Assembly (NCBI GenBank): GCA_905178155.1
Contig: CAJINV010000001.1
Coordinates: 2,125,572-2,189,571 of the forward strand
Length of the DNA stretch: 64,000 nucleotides
Direction of reading: 5' to 3'
Source: Amoebophrya sp. A120
Lineage: Eukaryota > Protista > Dinoflagellata
Both the position numbers and the translations under genes were made by a program. Each line of letters opens with the position of its first letter. Within the stretch, counting starts at the first letter, position 1. The notes below the pieces were generated by a model. That model was not told the origin of the DNA. It did not search any database and saw only the letters and a program-made list of their open reading frames with translations. Below are positions 1 to 14,800 of the stretch, in pieces.

Positions 1-274
1 AAACGGTGGTGCAATTGTCGTGGTTATTCATTTGTATGTATAAACTGAGAAGCTGTTGGTTCTGCTTCAACAATTTGGACGCCTTAATGCTATTGTGCAA
101 CCCCAAGTGAGTTTTCGTCTATATCCATTTTTTGTCGACCACTTTATCTTCGTATCCGTAGTACGTATTGTAATTGTTCTTTTACTTTTTCCAAAATAGG
201 CAAGAAAACCCGGAGGCGGCATCAAGTGCAACGACTTGACCATTTCCATTCATCACCATGCTGTTCGAACTTTT

Positions 275-3200
275 TCACCGCGAAGGCGCACTGGGGCTCG
301 AGTTTTTAGCAAGGAGACACCCGCTGGTTCCGGCCTGCAGAGGGAAAGGCAACCGGGAGGAGGTTGCCAAGTTTCCGAAGCTGAACGTGTTTGAGTTTTT
401 CCGGCTGTCCCGGCCGAACCCGAACCGCGGGGTTGGAATCGGCGACGGCACGGCGCTGGAGTGAGGTGGCCCACGCGTCGGAAAAAGGAAACTCGTCGCA
501 CTCAGGGCTGCGGTCTGTTGCGCCGCCGGCTGCAACAGCTGTCGGGGCGTCGTCAAAAGCTGCGCAGGGGTCGCGCTACCGGAAGAAATTTTGCTGGTGC
601 CCGATGGCAAAGAACACGACACAGCAGAGGGAGGACGCTGCACCTCAGCTTCTTGGTGTTCTTGCTGTTGACTGGTCGTGCTCGTCGTGACCACAGGAAT
701 TACAGGGGCGCTGGTCAAACTACTCTGTTTCATTTCTCCTTGTTCCGGCCGTGGCGGCTGTTGTTCCCGGGGCGACCACAATGGGCGCAGCCCGGCGTGC
801 GCAGCGGGTGCTGGAATTTTGGGCTCCTGAAGTGTGGGCGTGACAAATTTAGTTTTATTACCCGTCTTCAATTCATGAGATTGATCCGCGGCTGGTGGAA
901 TTACAACTCCGATCGTGCCAGCATCCAATTTATTTCCAGCATGATTCATCTGATGAACAAACGACCCTGCTGCGAGCATTGAGCTTTTGCTTCTCAGAGC
1001 CGCCGAAGCAGAAAGAGAAGGGGATGGTTGTAACAATCTCCTGCGAGACGTGCTACTGGTACTAGCAGACTCTACTTCTAGCTGAAGTTGATGCTGCATG
1101 CTCTTAGGCTGGACGCTGGCCGACCGCAATTGCGGCCCTTCTAGGCGGGTAGTCGTTACTCCCATCATCTTCCTTTCCCGTTCGAGCGAGCCGTTTCGTC
1201 GGTCAGAAAATTGGAACCCGGTGGTAATCCCGCCGGGTCGCAAAAAGCGACTCGCGGAGCGCCCGCGCCCGAGAATGGTCGTCTGCTGATTTATTTTTTC
1301 TGCCGTCACTCCTGCCGGCGCAAAGCACCCTTCTATTTTTCCATGGTGCAGCACATCACGTTGCATCTGGAAATCTTCGAAATGGTTATCACACAGTGCG
1401 TTCCCGTCTCCCACGGTTGTTCTGGCGTACGCTTGCTGACCAATGACTTCATTATCAATTCCCGAAGGAGAAGCAGCAGCAGCTGTTGCAACTGGAACAG
1501 GAACATTCGTACCAATCCTTTCACTGCTATTTTGCGGCGGATTTTTGACAGCATGGTGTAGTCCTTGATCGTCGTCTAAGGAATTATCGCTCGGAACGTC
1601 TACATCTTGTTCAACAAAAACTACATCAGCTGCATTCTCATCACTATTATTTCCATTTTCCCAAGTGCTGGCGTCTGCTTCCGTTTTATTCCGCGCCTGC
1701 AGCTTCACCTGCTGCCCGCCACCGTCTTTGTTCATCTCATCACGATCCCCGCCGCCCCCGATTCCCGGTGGGAACAGCGACAATTTCGGCGGTGTGAGGC
1801 CAAGCGAAAATTTGATTGAGGTTGGCGTCGGAATCGCAACCTTGTTCTGCTCCGTTTTCGCGGCCAAAATCTGCGATGTACCCGGCAGCGGCCGCGGCGA
1901 AAGCACAACGGGACTCATACTCAACGGCGTAGTTCTCTGGCAAGCCGCACTCCGTGTGGATTGTTGTAGGCTTTGAACAATCTTCGCGGTACCATCACCA
2001 CCACCACCAGAGTGATTTTTAACAAGTGTCGGGTCGTCGCTGAGACGTTGTCCACGCGCTGCACTGGGACTCGGACAAAGGCTCCTGCGCAACATCGAGG
2101 TTGAAGTTGTGACATTGCTATTGCCAGTCGGCGCCAGCCCAGTATTTTTCACACTGTTGGCCACCTTGTGCTCCGTTACGCCGCGACTCACAGGGGACGA
2201 GAATCTTGACGCACTGTTTCGCCGTGACAACGACCCAGGCTGTAGTACTGTTCCAACTCCCATCAACGTATGCTGCAGCGGCGGCGGCGGAGCCAAAAAC
2301 CGCTGTCCGCCTCCGACTACTTTGCGGATGACTTTATTGGTGCAGCTTGTGGATGGGTTATCTCTATTTGACGACGAAGCATTGAAGGTCGTCGTTGTTG
2401 GCGCGCATCCGCGCCGGCCCAAGCTGGTGGTTGTGCCGCAGGAGCTTCCGACGGACAAAAGCCGGTGCATCCGCGGGCTTTTCGGGTGGAAAATTTCCTG
2501 CTCCTGGTGTTCTTGCTGTTGTACTGTAATGACACCCGGAAGCTCGTGCTCGTCGGACACGACCTGAGCGTGAGCGACCGGGGCTGCAGTAGCAGTTGCT
2601 GCTGGTGCTGGCTCTTTTGCATAAGCACCCGCCCCAGGAGTTGCTGCACTTCTACTATCAGCCGGCTGCACTTCGAATCCTCGTGGCGTACGAAGTGTCA
2701 CTTTCTCGTCCGGACGCGCATTCTGAAAGATCGTGTAGGGGTTCGCAACGCCGCCTCGGTGTGTTCTAGATATTCAAGAAAAAAACACCATCTTCACAAT
2801 CACGTTTGCACATTTTTGCAATACAAGAAATTTTTGTCATGCGCAAAAATGCATCACTACAGTCAAGAGATATAGGCGATTGCCCTTTGTGTTTTTGCAA
2901 TACAATAAAAATTTGTCACGCAAGGCAAATTTCTGATGCAAAACCTCCTAAGTGTGATTGCGATGGTGTTTTGTTCTTAGTAGAGGAGAAGCCTGTTCTA
3001 GAAGTAGCGTCTGGATCCGGGAGCGCAGGTTTGTTGCGGTAGACAGTCGAACCTGACTTAGTTTCAATGGCACGCGAATCGACACCGTCTTCCTCTGACC
3101 AACTTGACGCCGGCTGCGGGGGCTCGAATAAAACGGTCGGCGTGTTGACAGAAAGTTGTTGCGCTTGTCCAGCATCGGTTGGGGTTGCACTAGACGTACC

Positions 3201-6200
3201 GGTTGTAATACAGGTCGTTACGTTCTCCTTCCCCGCACCACTGGACGAGATGTTGAAAGTCGATAAATCATGAGCTGTGGTGTCATTGTGCTCGACGAAA
3301 CAAGATGCGCCTTCAACCGTTGAACTACTGCTCCCAGGAACAGCATGGCCACCGCAAGACCCACCTCCTCCTCCACCGGAAACCGACGTCGCACCGTCTC
3401 CACCCAGCATAGAAGTGCAACCAGTCAAGTCCATCATGGATATCTTAGGGCATTCCGTGGACGCCGCGGAACAGGGACTGACGCTATTCATCTTCTTCCA
3501 AGAAGCCCCGCCGGAGCTGGCGTTTCGGTGAACGGTGGTGGTCACGGCCGCGTAGGTGCAGTCATTTACAACTTCGGGCGTTTTGCTCGTCGTAGCGTGG
3601 ATGTTGTCAAGGTCTTCTACGTGTTCCTCGTACACGGCTTTCTTGTTGACATCTTGATCCCAGAATGGCATTTTCGACTGAAGATTTTGTTTGGATACAG
3701 CCAAATCTGGTGCTGAAGCCGGCGTACTGGTTCTTGACGTCAACAACAGATGGCCCAAATTCAGTTTCGGAACCGCGCTTGCAGAAAAAGCGTAGGGAGG
3801 GGTCACACTGTCTGTGTTCGCCTTGTAGTTCATGACTTTGATTTCTTCCTGGTTTGATAAAGATTCCGCCATCTTTCCAGCAGATGAAAATCCGCTGTTT
3901 GGACGGAAGAGAGCAGGAGCACTCGTCGTGCCCGTTTCATCATGATGTGTCGAATGGTCAACGCCCTTGTTGGTCGACGTGCACAAAGACTTCTGCGACC
4001 GCCGTGGGGGAATGACCTTCAGATTCTGCTTGCCCGAAGATAAAAGGGAATTCAAACTGTTTTTGCCGGCTGACGAGGTGGTAGCAGTAGCTGTGCTTGT
4101 AGTACTAGCGTTCTTCATCTCATGTTGCCAGCGACTCGAGTTCTTCGATAATTGTAGAGAAGCAGCATGACGGAGATGATTATAGCTCGCCTCTTTGCTT
4201 TTCTCTTGGTCATTCCGGAGATATTGCTGTTTCGTTTGTTGTTCGTGTCCGACACTATCATTAGTCACACTTTTTTGTTGTCCACCTCCAACTGCTCCTA
4301 CACCCACCCTGAGTCCGTTCTTCATGTTCTTTTCCTTTTTTCCTCGAACGCGTCTCGCCTGCTGGTCTTCGGCTTCCTCATCGATAATGCCTTGCCGCTC
4401 TCCACAGGCACGCTGGTACGACGAGATGAACTGGTAGGTACCTCGAGTTGTACTACCATTGTTCTTCCCCCCAGTGACGTCGGCTGTCGAGCGCGACCGC
4501 TGCTGGCGGTTATAATTTTCTTCATGATCTCGTCTAGTACAACTCGAGGACCACGTTCGGAGGTGACCAACGGACTTACTCAACATGTCTGCTGGTGCTG
4601 CACCCCGACGGAGATGAACTTGAACCTTCTGGTTTTTTACAAACGCCGCACCAGAACAAGCCACAGGATAATCCTCGTCGTCCTCTGAAGATTCTTGACT
4701 TCCGGAATTATTGTTCTCCGAGTCGACGTCCGATCCGCGGCCGTGCACCCCCGCATGTTGCTTGTTCGCCGGAACAACGGACGTCATTGGACGAGGCCCG
4801 CCCTCCCGAGCGTAGAAATCCTTGCCACAAGAAGCAAGAACATTCTCATGGTACACAACGTTTGAATTATCGGCATCCTCCTCGTCCTCGGAGAGGTTAC
4901 TTTCCTCAGAAGATTCTTCGGAAGATTCAGATTCATCTGTGCTGCTTACGACTACATCACTGTGACGAACGTCGTTCTTCCCCCGAACGGATGCCGATAG
5001 CAGGCGAGATTTTTGTTCCACTGCAGTGCCAGTACAACCAGGATCTACTTCGGGAAGATGCTTTTTGCTTTCAGGATCAACCTCCGCATGTTGATCATAG
5101 GGCGGAATCAGTCCCGTTCCCGTAGTACCCCTTTCCTCCTCCTCCTCGTCGCTACTGTAGTTGCATCCGTCTTCAGCATCGATGGCCTGACGAACGTGGT
5201 CTTGGCGATCTGCGGCTTCTTGCTTTGTTCGGTGTCCACCTCCCTGAACGCCAGCAGTTGCGCGTGTTAACATTTCTCGCCCAACGAAGCGAGGGGTAGC
5301 GGATTGAGGTACTAGTGGTGCCGCGTCTACAACTTGCTCGACGCCAGTCTTCGTAGCGCTCATGCGGGAGCTCTTGCTCACCTTCTCGCTCACCACCTGC
5401 TCAGTCATTTCTATGGCTCCTGTCGCAACTGGACTGTCGCCAGCGGAGAAGCCTCCACCTCCTTCCCCGTCTTTCTCTTCCGGAACCATCATCAACCCTC
5501 CGCCGGCACTACTGCCCAAAAGCGAACTTCCCTCCTGCATAAATAACTCGTTGCTGCTTTCCTCCGCCGCGATCTCCGATATGAACGAAGAATAACTCCG
5601 ATCTTGGTCCGATTTGTTGTGTCCCGTCGTTCCAGGGGCGCCGCCGGAGGACGTACCATGTGAAGGACTGTGCCTAGTTTTCCGGCCAACCGCACCAGTG
5701 GGCGTTCTCGGGCTGGTGTCTCTGTCTCGCTGTGCAGAGTCGGAAAAGCGGCTCTGCTTCTGGTTCTGCTTCTGCTTCTGATTCGGCAGCTGCATATTAC
5801 CGACCAGATTAGATTCGTTCTCCTCTGTATTCAACGTGGCTCCGCCGGTGGAAGAAGTACGTTTGTGCTTAGTGTTCGCTTTATTTTGCGCTCCTGCTCG
5901 CGCGGCAGCCGCGGCCACTTTAACTGCGCACCGATTCTTGAGCAGGCTGCTCTGCGTTTGTTCCATGTGACGCTTGATATCGCGGGACGAAGGGCCTGAA
6001 TCAGAGTTCAAATACAAGAAATTGTTAGGCCCGTTTACCAAAAACGACTGCGCGCACCTCGTAGCAAACTGATACTAGATACAGCATGCAAGAGGAGCCC
6101 ACAGCTCATCATGACCCACAGTGCGCAGACGAAGTAACATATTGTTTCCAGAGTAGAACCTATACGATTTTCTCCCCCGGCACCGCCACCTCGCTCTGCT

Positions 6201-6475
6201 CCGCCAGCCAACTGCAGGAGCGCCCTGGTCGCGGCTGAGTCGGGGTCACGCTGGTAACTCCGGAAGACTCGTCCACGCAGGCTAGGCTCACGCGGATCAA
6301 CAGATGAGGACAGCGTCGCGCTGTCTTTTTTGGAGACGGCACTGGTTCTCACTCCGTGATGGGTCGTCGTGTACAGCATGCGCATCATATCTTGTGTCGA
6401 AGTAGAATTCGTGCAGGAGCTTGGAGTGAGGTCATTCTCAGTCTGTTCCTCTACCTGTTCCTCTACTTCGGCCAT
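275..6475 (-). CDS. Very large low-complexity (S/T/G/Q-rich) hypothetical protein, spliced
   Basis: ORFs 2916-6041 and 275-2701 join in frame (…TGFSSRTHRGGVANPYTIFQNARPDEKVTLRTP…) once element 2771-2979 plus one DR is removed. Link to upstream ORF 6035-6475 is likely but the intron is unresolved. Confidence 0.6.
2771..2979. mobile_element. Introner, degenerate right end (family D-like)
   Basis: DR ctaga/gtaga; TIR aagaaaaaaacaccatc…caatcac; removal joins two ORFs. Confidence 0.7.
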
Positions 6476-6674
6476 GTCGTAATTTTGTTCCGCACCAAGG
6501 TCCTCCTGGAGTTGCCTAAAAAATGTTTATCCGTTCTTGTTTCTATGATCGTATTCTTACTTTATTGATTGCTCCTGCTCGCTATTTACAAAAATGCATG
6601 TTCATGATCAAGGCGCAGCCGCAGGAGCACAACATCGCCGTACTAAAAATCGAAATGCACCACGAAAAAATTGT

Positions 6675-9000
6675 CTACTTCGTCTGCATCACCGGCGCGG
6701 AGTGGCGGCGATCTTGCTCCGTCGGCACGTCAGGGTTAATATGTTCCGCTGACGAAGACGAAGGATCAAACTCATCCGCCTTCAGTTCTTTCCGCCCACG
6801 GTGTCGTGGCGGTCCTTGACGTGGCTTTGCAATCGTTGTACTACAAATCCCAGCGTTTTTAGTCCCTTCAGCGTCGCGAACTCCAGTTGTTCGCGTGCCA
6901 CTTCCTCCAACGCAAAAGTCCGTAGTCATCTTTGTCTTGTTGTCGTCGTTAAAATAATCCCCACCAGTACTACAAGAAGTTTTCAGGGAGGTGCAGATCT
7001 GCATCATTTTCAGCGTGTTCTCTTTCAGGTGGCACAGTTCCACGTGGCTGTTCTCCACTTCCGTCAAAAGTCGATTGCGTTCCTTCCGCAAAGAATGCAC
7101 GACTTCCTCCTCGCTGATCCGCATGTTCAGCAGGCGTTCCAGCTCGTCTTGCTCGCGCCTGGTGGTCTCCACCAGTTCTCTGCGCAGAGCGTCAGTGTGG
7201 TCTAACATCAGACGACTTCTGGTTTTTTCATTTTCTTTCTCTCCTCCCGACGGCACGTGATCTGTGCTGCACAGTAGATTCGCGGGAGCTGCTGCTCGAG
7301 TGCTGTAAAAAATCGGAGTTCGACGAAGATTTTTCTTTTTCGAGCTTCTATCTTCAGGACTTTATTCAGTTTCACGTGATTTCAAAGATAGCCATCAATT
7401 ACAAGGAAAAAATCGCAAAGAGAAACAAACAACTGGAACTGCAGAAAATGAAAACATGGACATCTCCTGTTCGATACTCCTCATGCAGCCGCCCAGAAGT
7501 TTGATCAAAATCTTCTGTCTCGCCTCGTCCACCCCCCCGGCTGTCCTTGATTCCATCCTGTCGCTGCCGGACTGCCTGCTCCTTGGGGCTGCTCGGGCTG
7601 CCATCGTCCATCACCATCGTGTAATTGTCCCCTGCATCAGCGATCTTCATGTCCACCTCGTTGTATTTTGCTTTGTCTTTTTCACCCTTCTGCACCTCCT
7701 CAGTTCTTTCGGCAGCAGGTTTTCTAGCAGCTACCGCATGGTCCACCTTTTCGTGATTGGCACCTGCTGCTGCACCCGGGCCACGTGGCACGGCTGGCAG
7801 CAAGGGGCTGATCGGGTCTTCATCCTCCTCATCCAACTCCTCCTCCCTCTTAGATCCGTCGAACTCCCGCTGGGTGGACACAGCTTTTGCTGTAGTACTC
7901 TTCTCCCGTTGGTCCCGCCCTTCTCCAGGAGAATCTTCACCAGATTCACTTCGAGGGCGGGATGATCCCTTCGCATTGCCCGCCAAGGAATTCCGTGTAG
8001 GAGGAGCTTTACCTGTGACCACCGGCAGCACATCGTCCGGTTGATCTTCGTCAAACACAACATCACCCTCGTCCGGATCCAACGGCTTCGGCACTGCCGC
8101 GCGTGCACAGCTTTCCCGCCGCTCGTACGATAGGGCAGAAAGGAGCTGAGGTGATGCAACACTTCCCATCTCGTCAGACGTGGTCCTCGTCGCCGGGTTT
8201 GCCTTGTTTGAAGGAGAAGCACCAGCACGACGAGCTGTTGTTTTGCCACTATTTGCACCATGGCCAACATCTTCCTCAGCAAGAACAGAAGCCGACGTCG
8301 GCCGCGGTCGTGCAAGACCTTCTACATGGTCGTTGCTCTTTACAAGGTTTTGGGCTCTCTCGTCTGAGCACTTGTTAGGACCGCCTCCCTGTTTTTTTCC
8401 ATTATCGTTGTCCTCGACTCGATCAGCTTTTACTTTATTGATCCGCTCATCCACCGTGCCGCCAATCATCGTGGTCTCGACCACACTCGTGTTTCCATTT
8501 TCGTCTAGAAACTCCACCTGCTCCTCGTAGACAAATTGTTCATCCTCGTCTGTAGCCGGATCTGTGCTGGTACAACGACCGGGTGGCTTCATAATCTCCG
8601 AAGAACCAGTAGACAATACTCCCCCACGACCGGTAGGTACTGCTATGTCCTCTTCCTCGCGTTCATCTTCTTCTTGAGTAACATCATCGTGTGGTCGCCC
8701 TCGATTTTTCAGGTGTTGGCCAATAGGAAAATCATCCTCGCTGTCCGAGGAGTCCAATAAGGTGGTTGAGATTCGTGGGTAGCGATATAATGGCACTCCC
8801 TGCTCCGGAATGTTGACGGGCAGCTCTCGTGTGTCGTACAGCGGCGAGGCGCTCATGATGTTCATCATTATTGCGGCAGGCACCTCTCGTTCGTCTCCAG
8901 CCTCCTCGTTATCGATATTGTTCGTGGTCCCGAACACAGTTTGCGAGTGCGGTGCACTGGAAAACTCCGCATCGTCCGTCCTCGTGGGTGTCGTCGCCAT
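6675..9000 (-). CDS. Acidic low-complexity protein with C-terminal coiled coil (ORFs 7399-9000 and 6675-7256, probably one spliced gene)
   Basis: Two long co-oriented ORFs separated by an AT-richer stretch; heptad-like LRRELVETTRREQDELERLL. Junction not resolved. Confidence 0.5.
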
Positions 9001-9995
9001 TTTGATTATTTACGGAAAATGCCGTTTCTTCGGATTATTTTTGAGGTCGCTTTTACTGGCGCTCAACAACCAAACGCAAATGTTTGTGTTTCAAAGTTGT
9101 GACATGAGTGAGGGCTCGTGACCGAATAAGTAAATCTTCGGTCGAAAGAAACAAGAAAAGCAAAAGCAAAACTACATTTTTAATTTCAAATGGGTATAAA
9201 ATTTTTTGCGGCCGTCGCAACGCACGTAGTCCTCTTTATCTTTGCCTACATCATCTTCGACCTTCTTGAGCTTGACCTTGATTGATCATCTTTGTTCCTT
9301 CAGCTGCACGATCGTTGTGTTTTTGGCTTTCGCGTAGTCCACACAAAACAACTGTCAACAGGGCGCGATCACTTTCGCAAATACTGTTCTGAAGTCATCA
9401 ACATGATCGTCAAAAAACAGGTTCGAAGTCCAAGCAGGTTGATCTTTGCCACCATCTTCACATCATCTTTCTGCGTTCTCGTTCCACACACAGACACGCA
9501 ACTTCTGGTGAAGAAGATGATCCCATCTACTACAGCTGATCGAAATGAAGATGAACCATTACACACTGGCACTGCAACAAAAAAACTACTCTATGTCTAT
9601 GTATGAAAAGCATCGTACCAGCCTCCATAGCCTCAGCCTGTCTAGTAAGCTATCAAGCTGCATACACGACACGCTCGCTTTTGCGGGTTCAACAGAATTT
9701 CTTTTGCGCGCACCGTGAAAATCTGTATCTTTTCCTTTCCGGAGTAGTGAAAAAACACACACTTGAATAGTTGGATTTTGCAAGAAGGATCAGTGTGATC
9801 TTTAAGTTTAAGTTTTTTACGACAGAGCTGCAACATCAAGAACACGCGGAGCTACACATACACTTTTTGTCCATCCACAAAACCAAAGTGCTGCAGCTTT
9901 TTTGTCTTTTTTAGCGCCATCTTTGACATCAAAGCGTACTAAGATTCTGCGAATCGCCATGATCAGAATGCAGGTGCAAAATAAAATCGTTCATC

Positions 9996-11195
9996 TCAGC
10001 TTATTTTCACTTGAATCCTGGACATGATCCGGGACCGACAGATCGGGCAAGTATCCACTTTCCCCGAGCAAACCCCACATAACGCTAAGTGGCTACAAGG
10101 CCGAAGCAGCACGCTCCGGTCCCGTTCGAAACAGATGCAACACAGACTTTGCTCCTCCAGATTCGTGGATCTCGTATCCAGTATTTCCCGTATGCGCGAA
10201 ATCTGCCACTGCAGCCACTCCCGGTACGTTTTCAAGTCTGGCGTCGGTCGCTGCGCGAGCTCGTGCTGACTGCATTTCATTTGCGACAGTTTCTGTCGCA
10301 GCTCCGTGATCTCCGAGGCGATCTTGGCGCAGTCCAAAGACCTGCTCTCCACGTTGGCCCGCAAGACCTCCATCCGGCGCCGCGAATGCGTCGCGGCGAT
10401 CAGCGACTCACAGGTGTACATGTGGTTCATCGCCATACCCAGCTCCGTGCGGAGAATCTCCGCGGACTGGAGAGCGGAGGTGGTGGGGCTACCGGGGATG
10501 TTAGAAGCAGTCGTGCCGCTAGTACTGGTGCCTCCAGGTGGTAGGACCACTGTACTTGCAGAACTGGCTCCAGCTGTTCCTGTTGCACCACCTGTTGTAG
10601 AACCACCTGCTACTGCTCGAGACCCTTTTCCTTGCCCAGGACCTCCGCCTCTACTAGAACTACTGGAGGCCGCCCCCGCCCCCGTAGTTGCTGTCCCACC
10701 TCCTGCCATCATTGACGCGTTGTATTGCCGCTGCCTGTCTGCTATCGACGCGAGCACTTGATCTTCCGTCGTGATCGCCATAGAGGTTGCTGCACTGTTT
10801 GCAGCCAGGAGTGCAGCAGCAGCCGCTGACGTCGTACCGGTAGAGCTTGTACTTCCCCGAGGTGGGGACGAGACGATCATCTCTTGAAACCCCCTTCTGG
10901 AGGACGACGAGGTCGTTCGCGAGGGAATCGGCGGCGGCTGCCCGGCGTGGAGCTGGGTAGTGCTGGCACCGAGCGCATCCGCCACGGACTCCAGAATTGC
11001 GATGTCTTCCTGCATGGTCTGTGACTGTGCTGTTTTGGTTCTGCAGCGGCCAAGCAGCGACAACAAACGAGTTCGCCGTGCTGGTTTGATTGCCGGCCTG
11101 CAACTACAGGTAAGTCGTTCTCTTTCTTCATATGATGTTGATAAAGGTAATGGGTAAGGGTAACTCGAACTCGCAAGACATACAAAAAATGTCAC
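9996..11195 (-). CDS. C-terminal C3HC4 RING finger protein (putative E3 ligase) with coiled coil
   Basis: CCICFERDRSVLLRPCSHLALCGVCSGKVDTCPICR at the C-terminus; true start may be MQEDIAIL near 11015. Confidence 0.85.
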   Translation of the reverse strand: MTFFVCLASSSYPYPLPLSTSYEERERLTCSCRPAIKPARRTRLLSLLGRCRTKTAQSQTMQEDIAILESVADALGASTTQLHAGQPPPIPSRTTSSSSRRGFQEMIVSSPPRGSTSSTGTTSAAAAALLAANSAATSMAITTEDQVLASIADRQRQYNASMMAGGGTATTGAGAASSSSSRGGGPGQGKGSRAVAGGSTTGGATGTAGASSASTVVLPPGGTSTSGTTASNIPGSPTTSALQSAEILRTELGMAMNHMYTCESLIAATHSRRRMEVLRANVESRSLDCAKIASEITELRQKLSQMKCSQHELAQRPTPDLKTYREWLQWQISRIREILDTRSTNLEEQSLCCICFERDRSVLLRPCSHLALCGVCSGKVDTCPICRSRIMSRIQVKIS

Positions 11196-11889
11196 TCGAT
11201 GATGTAGGAGCCATTTTCACTTTGACGAACCTTCATCTTGCGTTAGCGGCCCCTTGGGAAAGCTGTATTGAAGAGCTTCGGCTTCGCTCTTAGTCTTTCA
11301 AAAAAAAAGACCACCGCATGAGTGCTCCAATTGGCTTCATTGTAAGTAGAGAGTTCGCACTGTCAGTGGTCTTCGACTCGCATCTTCGCTCGTCTTTTTT
11401 TTTTTGCTCGATCCGCACACTCAGCAACAAAAAAATCATGATGGCACCACGAGAATCACGACCAAGAAAAGGCCACGTAAAAGAGTAAAAACATCGACAG
11501 TGAGGTAACGTCGGCAGGTGACACCCAGGAAGACTCGAGGCTTTTCAGGTGCGGTCATAGCTTTAGCTACAACAAGTGCAGCAGCTTCATGCATATTTGC
11601 TTTGTGCGATCATTTTCTGTTGTAGTTATAACACTCCAAACAGGGGCGTGACGGCAGCCCCGTCCTCGTCACGTCTGCCCAGGATGGCCGCAACAAACAA
11701 CATTTACTAGTGAGAATTGAGCTGAGCAGTTATGGCACATGAGAAGTTGCCTTTGGGGAAGGTGGGTAGATGGTCGTGCATTAGGTTTAGGTAATGTACA
11801 AACTTCAACTTAACTGGTACTGAAAGAAAAGGCAGCAGGTAGCACTGAAGCCGCTGCCGATCATACTGTAAACAAACATGTTGGAAGAA

Positions 11890-14800
11890 TTACTTCAAGG
11901 ATCTTAAATGTTGACCAGCAGCAAAATAGTATCGGATTGCGCCGAGGATTTGTCGACCGGTCTTGAGACCACGCAGCACGCGCAACACTCGCTCTACAAG
12001 ATACCAAGACAGGAGGAGTTTGAGCAGAAACACTGTAAACACGCGCATCCTGTTCGAGGGAGCAGCGCCGGTCAGGCCCGAGGACCAGGATCCGCCGTTG
12101 AAAGCAGCGAGCCCCAACTCTTGCAGGTCCGCAAAGGCCCCCCGTAGCACCCACCGCGTCCACCAGGCTCTCACTGGAGCCAAGTATCGAACCGTTTTCA
12201 GGAGCACCGGTGCGAGCTTCTTTAAAAAACCCGTGTCAAACGGCGGCTGAATCGGCGGCAGTAACTCCAACTGCTTCGGCAGCACTTGTCGGTAGCGGAA
12301 GAAGCTCCTTTTGTAGCTGAGCTCCTCAAATCCAAACCGTCCGTGCACGCGCCCGCACCCCGAACGCCGGATGCCGCCGAAGGGCAGATTTTCGTGACCG
12401 AAATAGAACAACGGCGCGTTCTGCATCATGGCGCCCGATTGATGCATTTGTTTTACCGCTGAAATCAGAGCTTCGTCGTAGCCAAACACGTATGTGTTGA
12501 GCGGACTGTCGTGGATCTGGTGGATCAGACCCGCAATCTCGGCGGAAAGCCGTTCCAGCCGGTCGGAGGCAGTCTCGACGGAATTCCGCTCCGTTTCCAA
12601 AGCTTGATCGGCCGAAAAATCGTCGTCGTAGAGGATAACCGGGAGCAACGGGCCAAAAATCTCGTCCTTCAAATATAGGGCTCCCAAGCGTTACATTCTC
12701 AACTGTGACATGAATTTGGCATGCAGAAGCACCATCCTCATCCACGCGATCAAGCTGCTTCGCATGACAAATTTGCCTAGGGCTAAACGGCAGCTAAATC
12801 TGTGCGGCATTTATAATGCTACAGGCGCAATCTCCCCCCTTTCACTTTTCCCATTCTTGCATCACAAATCCATGTATCAGTTGAGAATGTAACAGTTGAG
12901 AACGCCATATCAAAATCGGGTCCTCCATGCTGGGGCCGATCACGAGGTGGAAGGGAAAGTAGCAGCACGTTGGGTGGTAGAGCAGGGCGGGGGAAGTAGT
13001 GGAGCTGGTGTTGTTAGAAGCCGGAGGAGTACCACCTGCAGTTACAATTTCCTCTGCAGTCGTGGTTGGAATCACTATTGCGACTTTGCTTGCAGAAGTA
13101 CTTCTTGCCGACGCGGACGCGGCCACTTCCGTAGAAGCTTTGCTACTACTGGCTGTCGTTGCGGCCCCTGAGGCCGACGTGTTTGGGTGCAGCTGGACAG
13201 TGGTCGCGGATGTAGAGGCAACCGAGGACGCAGAGGACACTTGGAATGGCTGCTCTCCACCGCCTCCGAAGGAGGACAATGTCGCTTGGCTATTTTCCTT
13301 CGAGCTGTTTTTGCTGTTTTTGTTTTCCTTCGCAGAGGACAACTCCTGGGATAGCGGGTTATCCGTCTTCTCCGAAGGAGTACGACGCTGAGACAAGTCT
13401 ATAACCTTCCCCGTTGTTGTCTCCAACATCTTTTGCAGCCTCTTCTGATGGTCTGCGTTAATCACCCGGCCGTAACTGAGACTCGTGTCCAAACCGCTTT
13501 TGTTTAACATCTTGAGGTCTTTCGCAAAAAACTCGTTCTGCACAATGTCGGTTACACAGGCCACAAAGTCCTCCAGCAAAATATCCTGTGCAAAAGTATC
13601 GCACTCGTACTGCAGTCATGCATTACAAATCTTTTTCTTAGGGCAGATCCCCATTACAAACTTTATTTCTCATGCTGAGGAAATTTGTAATGCATTTATA
13701 CGAGTGTGATACTTTTGCAGTTCATACAAAATCTTCGGCAGCAAAACGTAGTCTGGCGCCATGCAGACCTGCCCGCAGTTCTGCAACTTTTGTTTCAACA
13801 TGCGCCGCAACAGCGCCTTGAATTTGTCGTCGTTCTTCGTTTTGTTGTTCTTGCTCCCCGCTGTTGCAGAACAATACACGTCCCCGTCAAAGAGCGCGTC
13901 GTGGAGGAAAATGGCGGGATTTTTTCCGCCCAACTCCAGCGTGACCGGGGTCAAATTGCTGCACACGTTGCTGTTAGACACGACTTTCCGCGCAACGGCT
14001 TCCGACCCGGTGAACAGGATGTGGTCGAAACGGTTGTACTGCAATAGCGCCTTATGCAATACAAACTTCCTGCACATGTACAAAATGCATCACAAATTTC
14101 ACGACGCTAGAGCATGCCACTTGTCATGCTGAATAGAATAGCGAGAAAGTTTTGTCATGCAGAAACCACATGTGTACTAGAAGTGTACAAGTACAACACG
14201 TACAGGAAATTATACCGTGGATATGCCTGCGTGAAGCTCGCATCCCCCTCGAACACCAGCACCGCCTCGGGGTCAACATATTCGGGCAGCACCCGCAGGA
14301 GGAAACTGCTGCTCTGGGCCGCGACTTCGGTTGGTTTCAGCACGCAGCAGTTCCCGCTCGCAATGGCGGTGATCAGACCGTCTAGTAAGAGGCAGATGGG
14401 GTAGTTCCAGGGGGCGATGACCAAAGCCACCCCCTTATCCTGAGTAAAAACGTACCCACACCAGAGTCAGGATGGGGATTTTGCACCACAAACCTAGGAG
14501 CTTTGTGAGTCACGCATGACAAGTTGCAGACCGTAAGGTAGTGCAAGTTAGCAAGTGCAGCCGCGTCACAGATTCATCTGCTCATGCTGTTCACAGCATC
14601 ACAAATTCCAAAACACGACTGCCAATGGCTCTCATGGGGATGCGCATTACAAGTCTTCCTGTCTTTGCAAATCTGCGTCACAACTCTGGTGTGGGTACGT
14701 TTTTACTCAGGATACCCCTTCGGCTCAAACTCGTACCAGGAATTGCCGAACCAATACTCAACTGGCGTTTGGACATGGAACGGTATCCTGGGTAAAAACG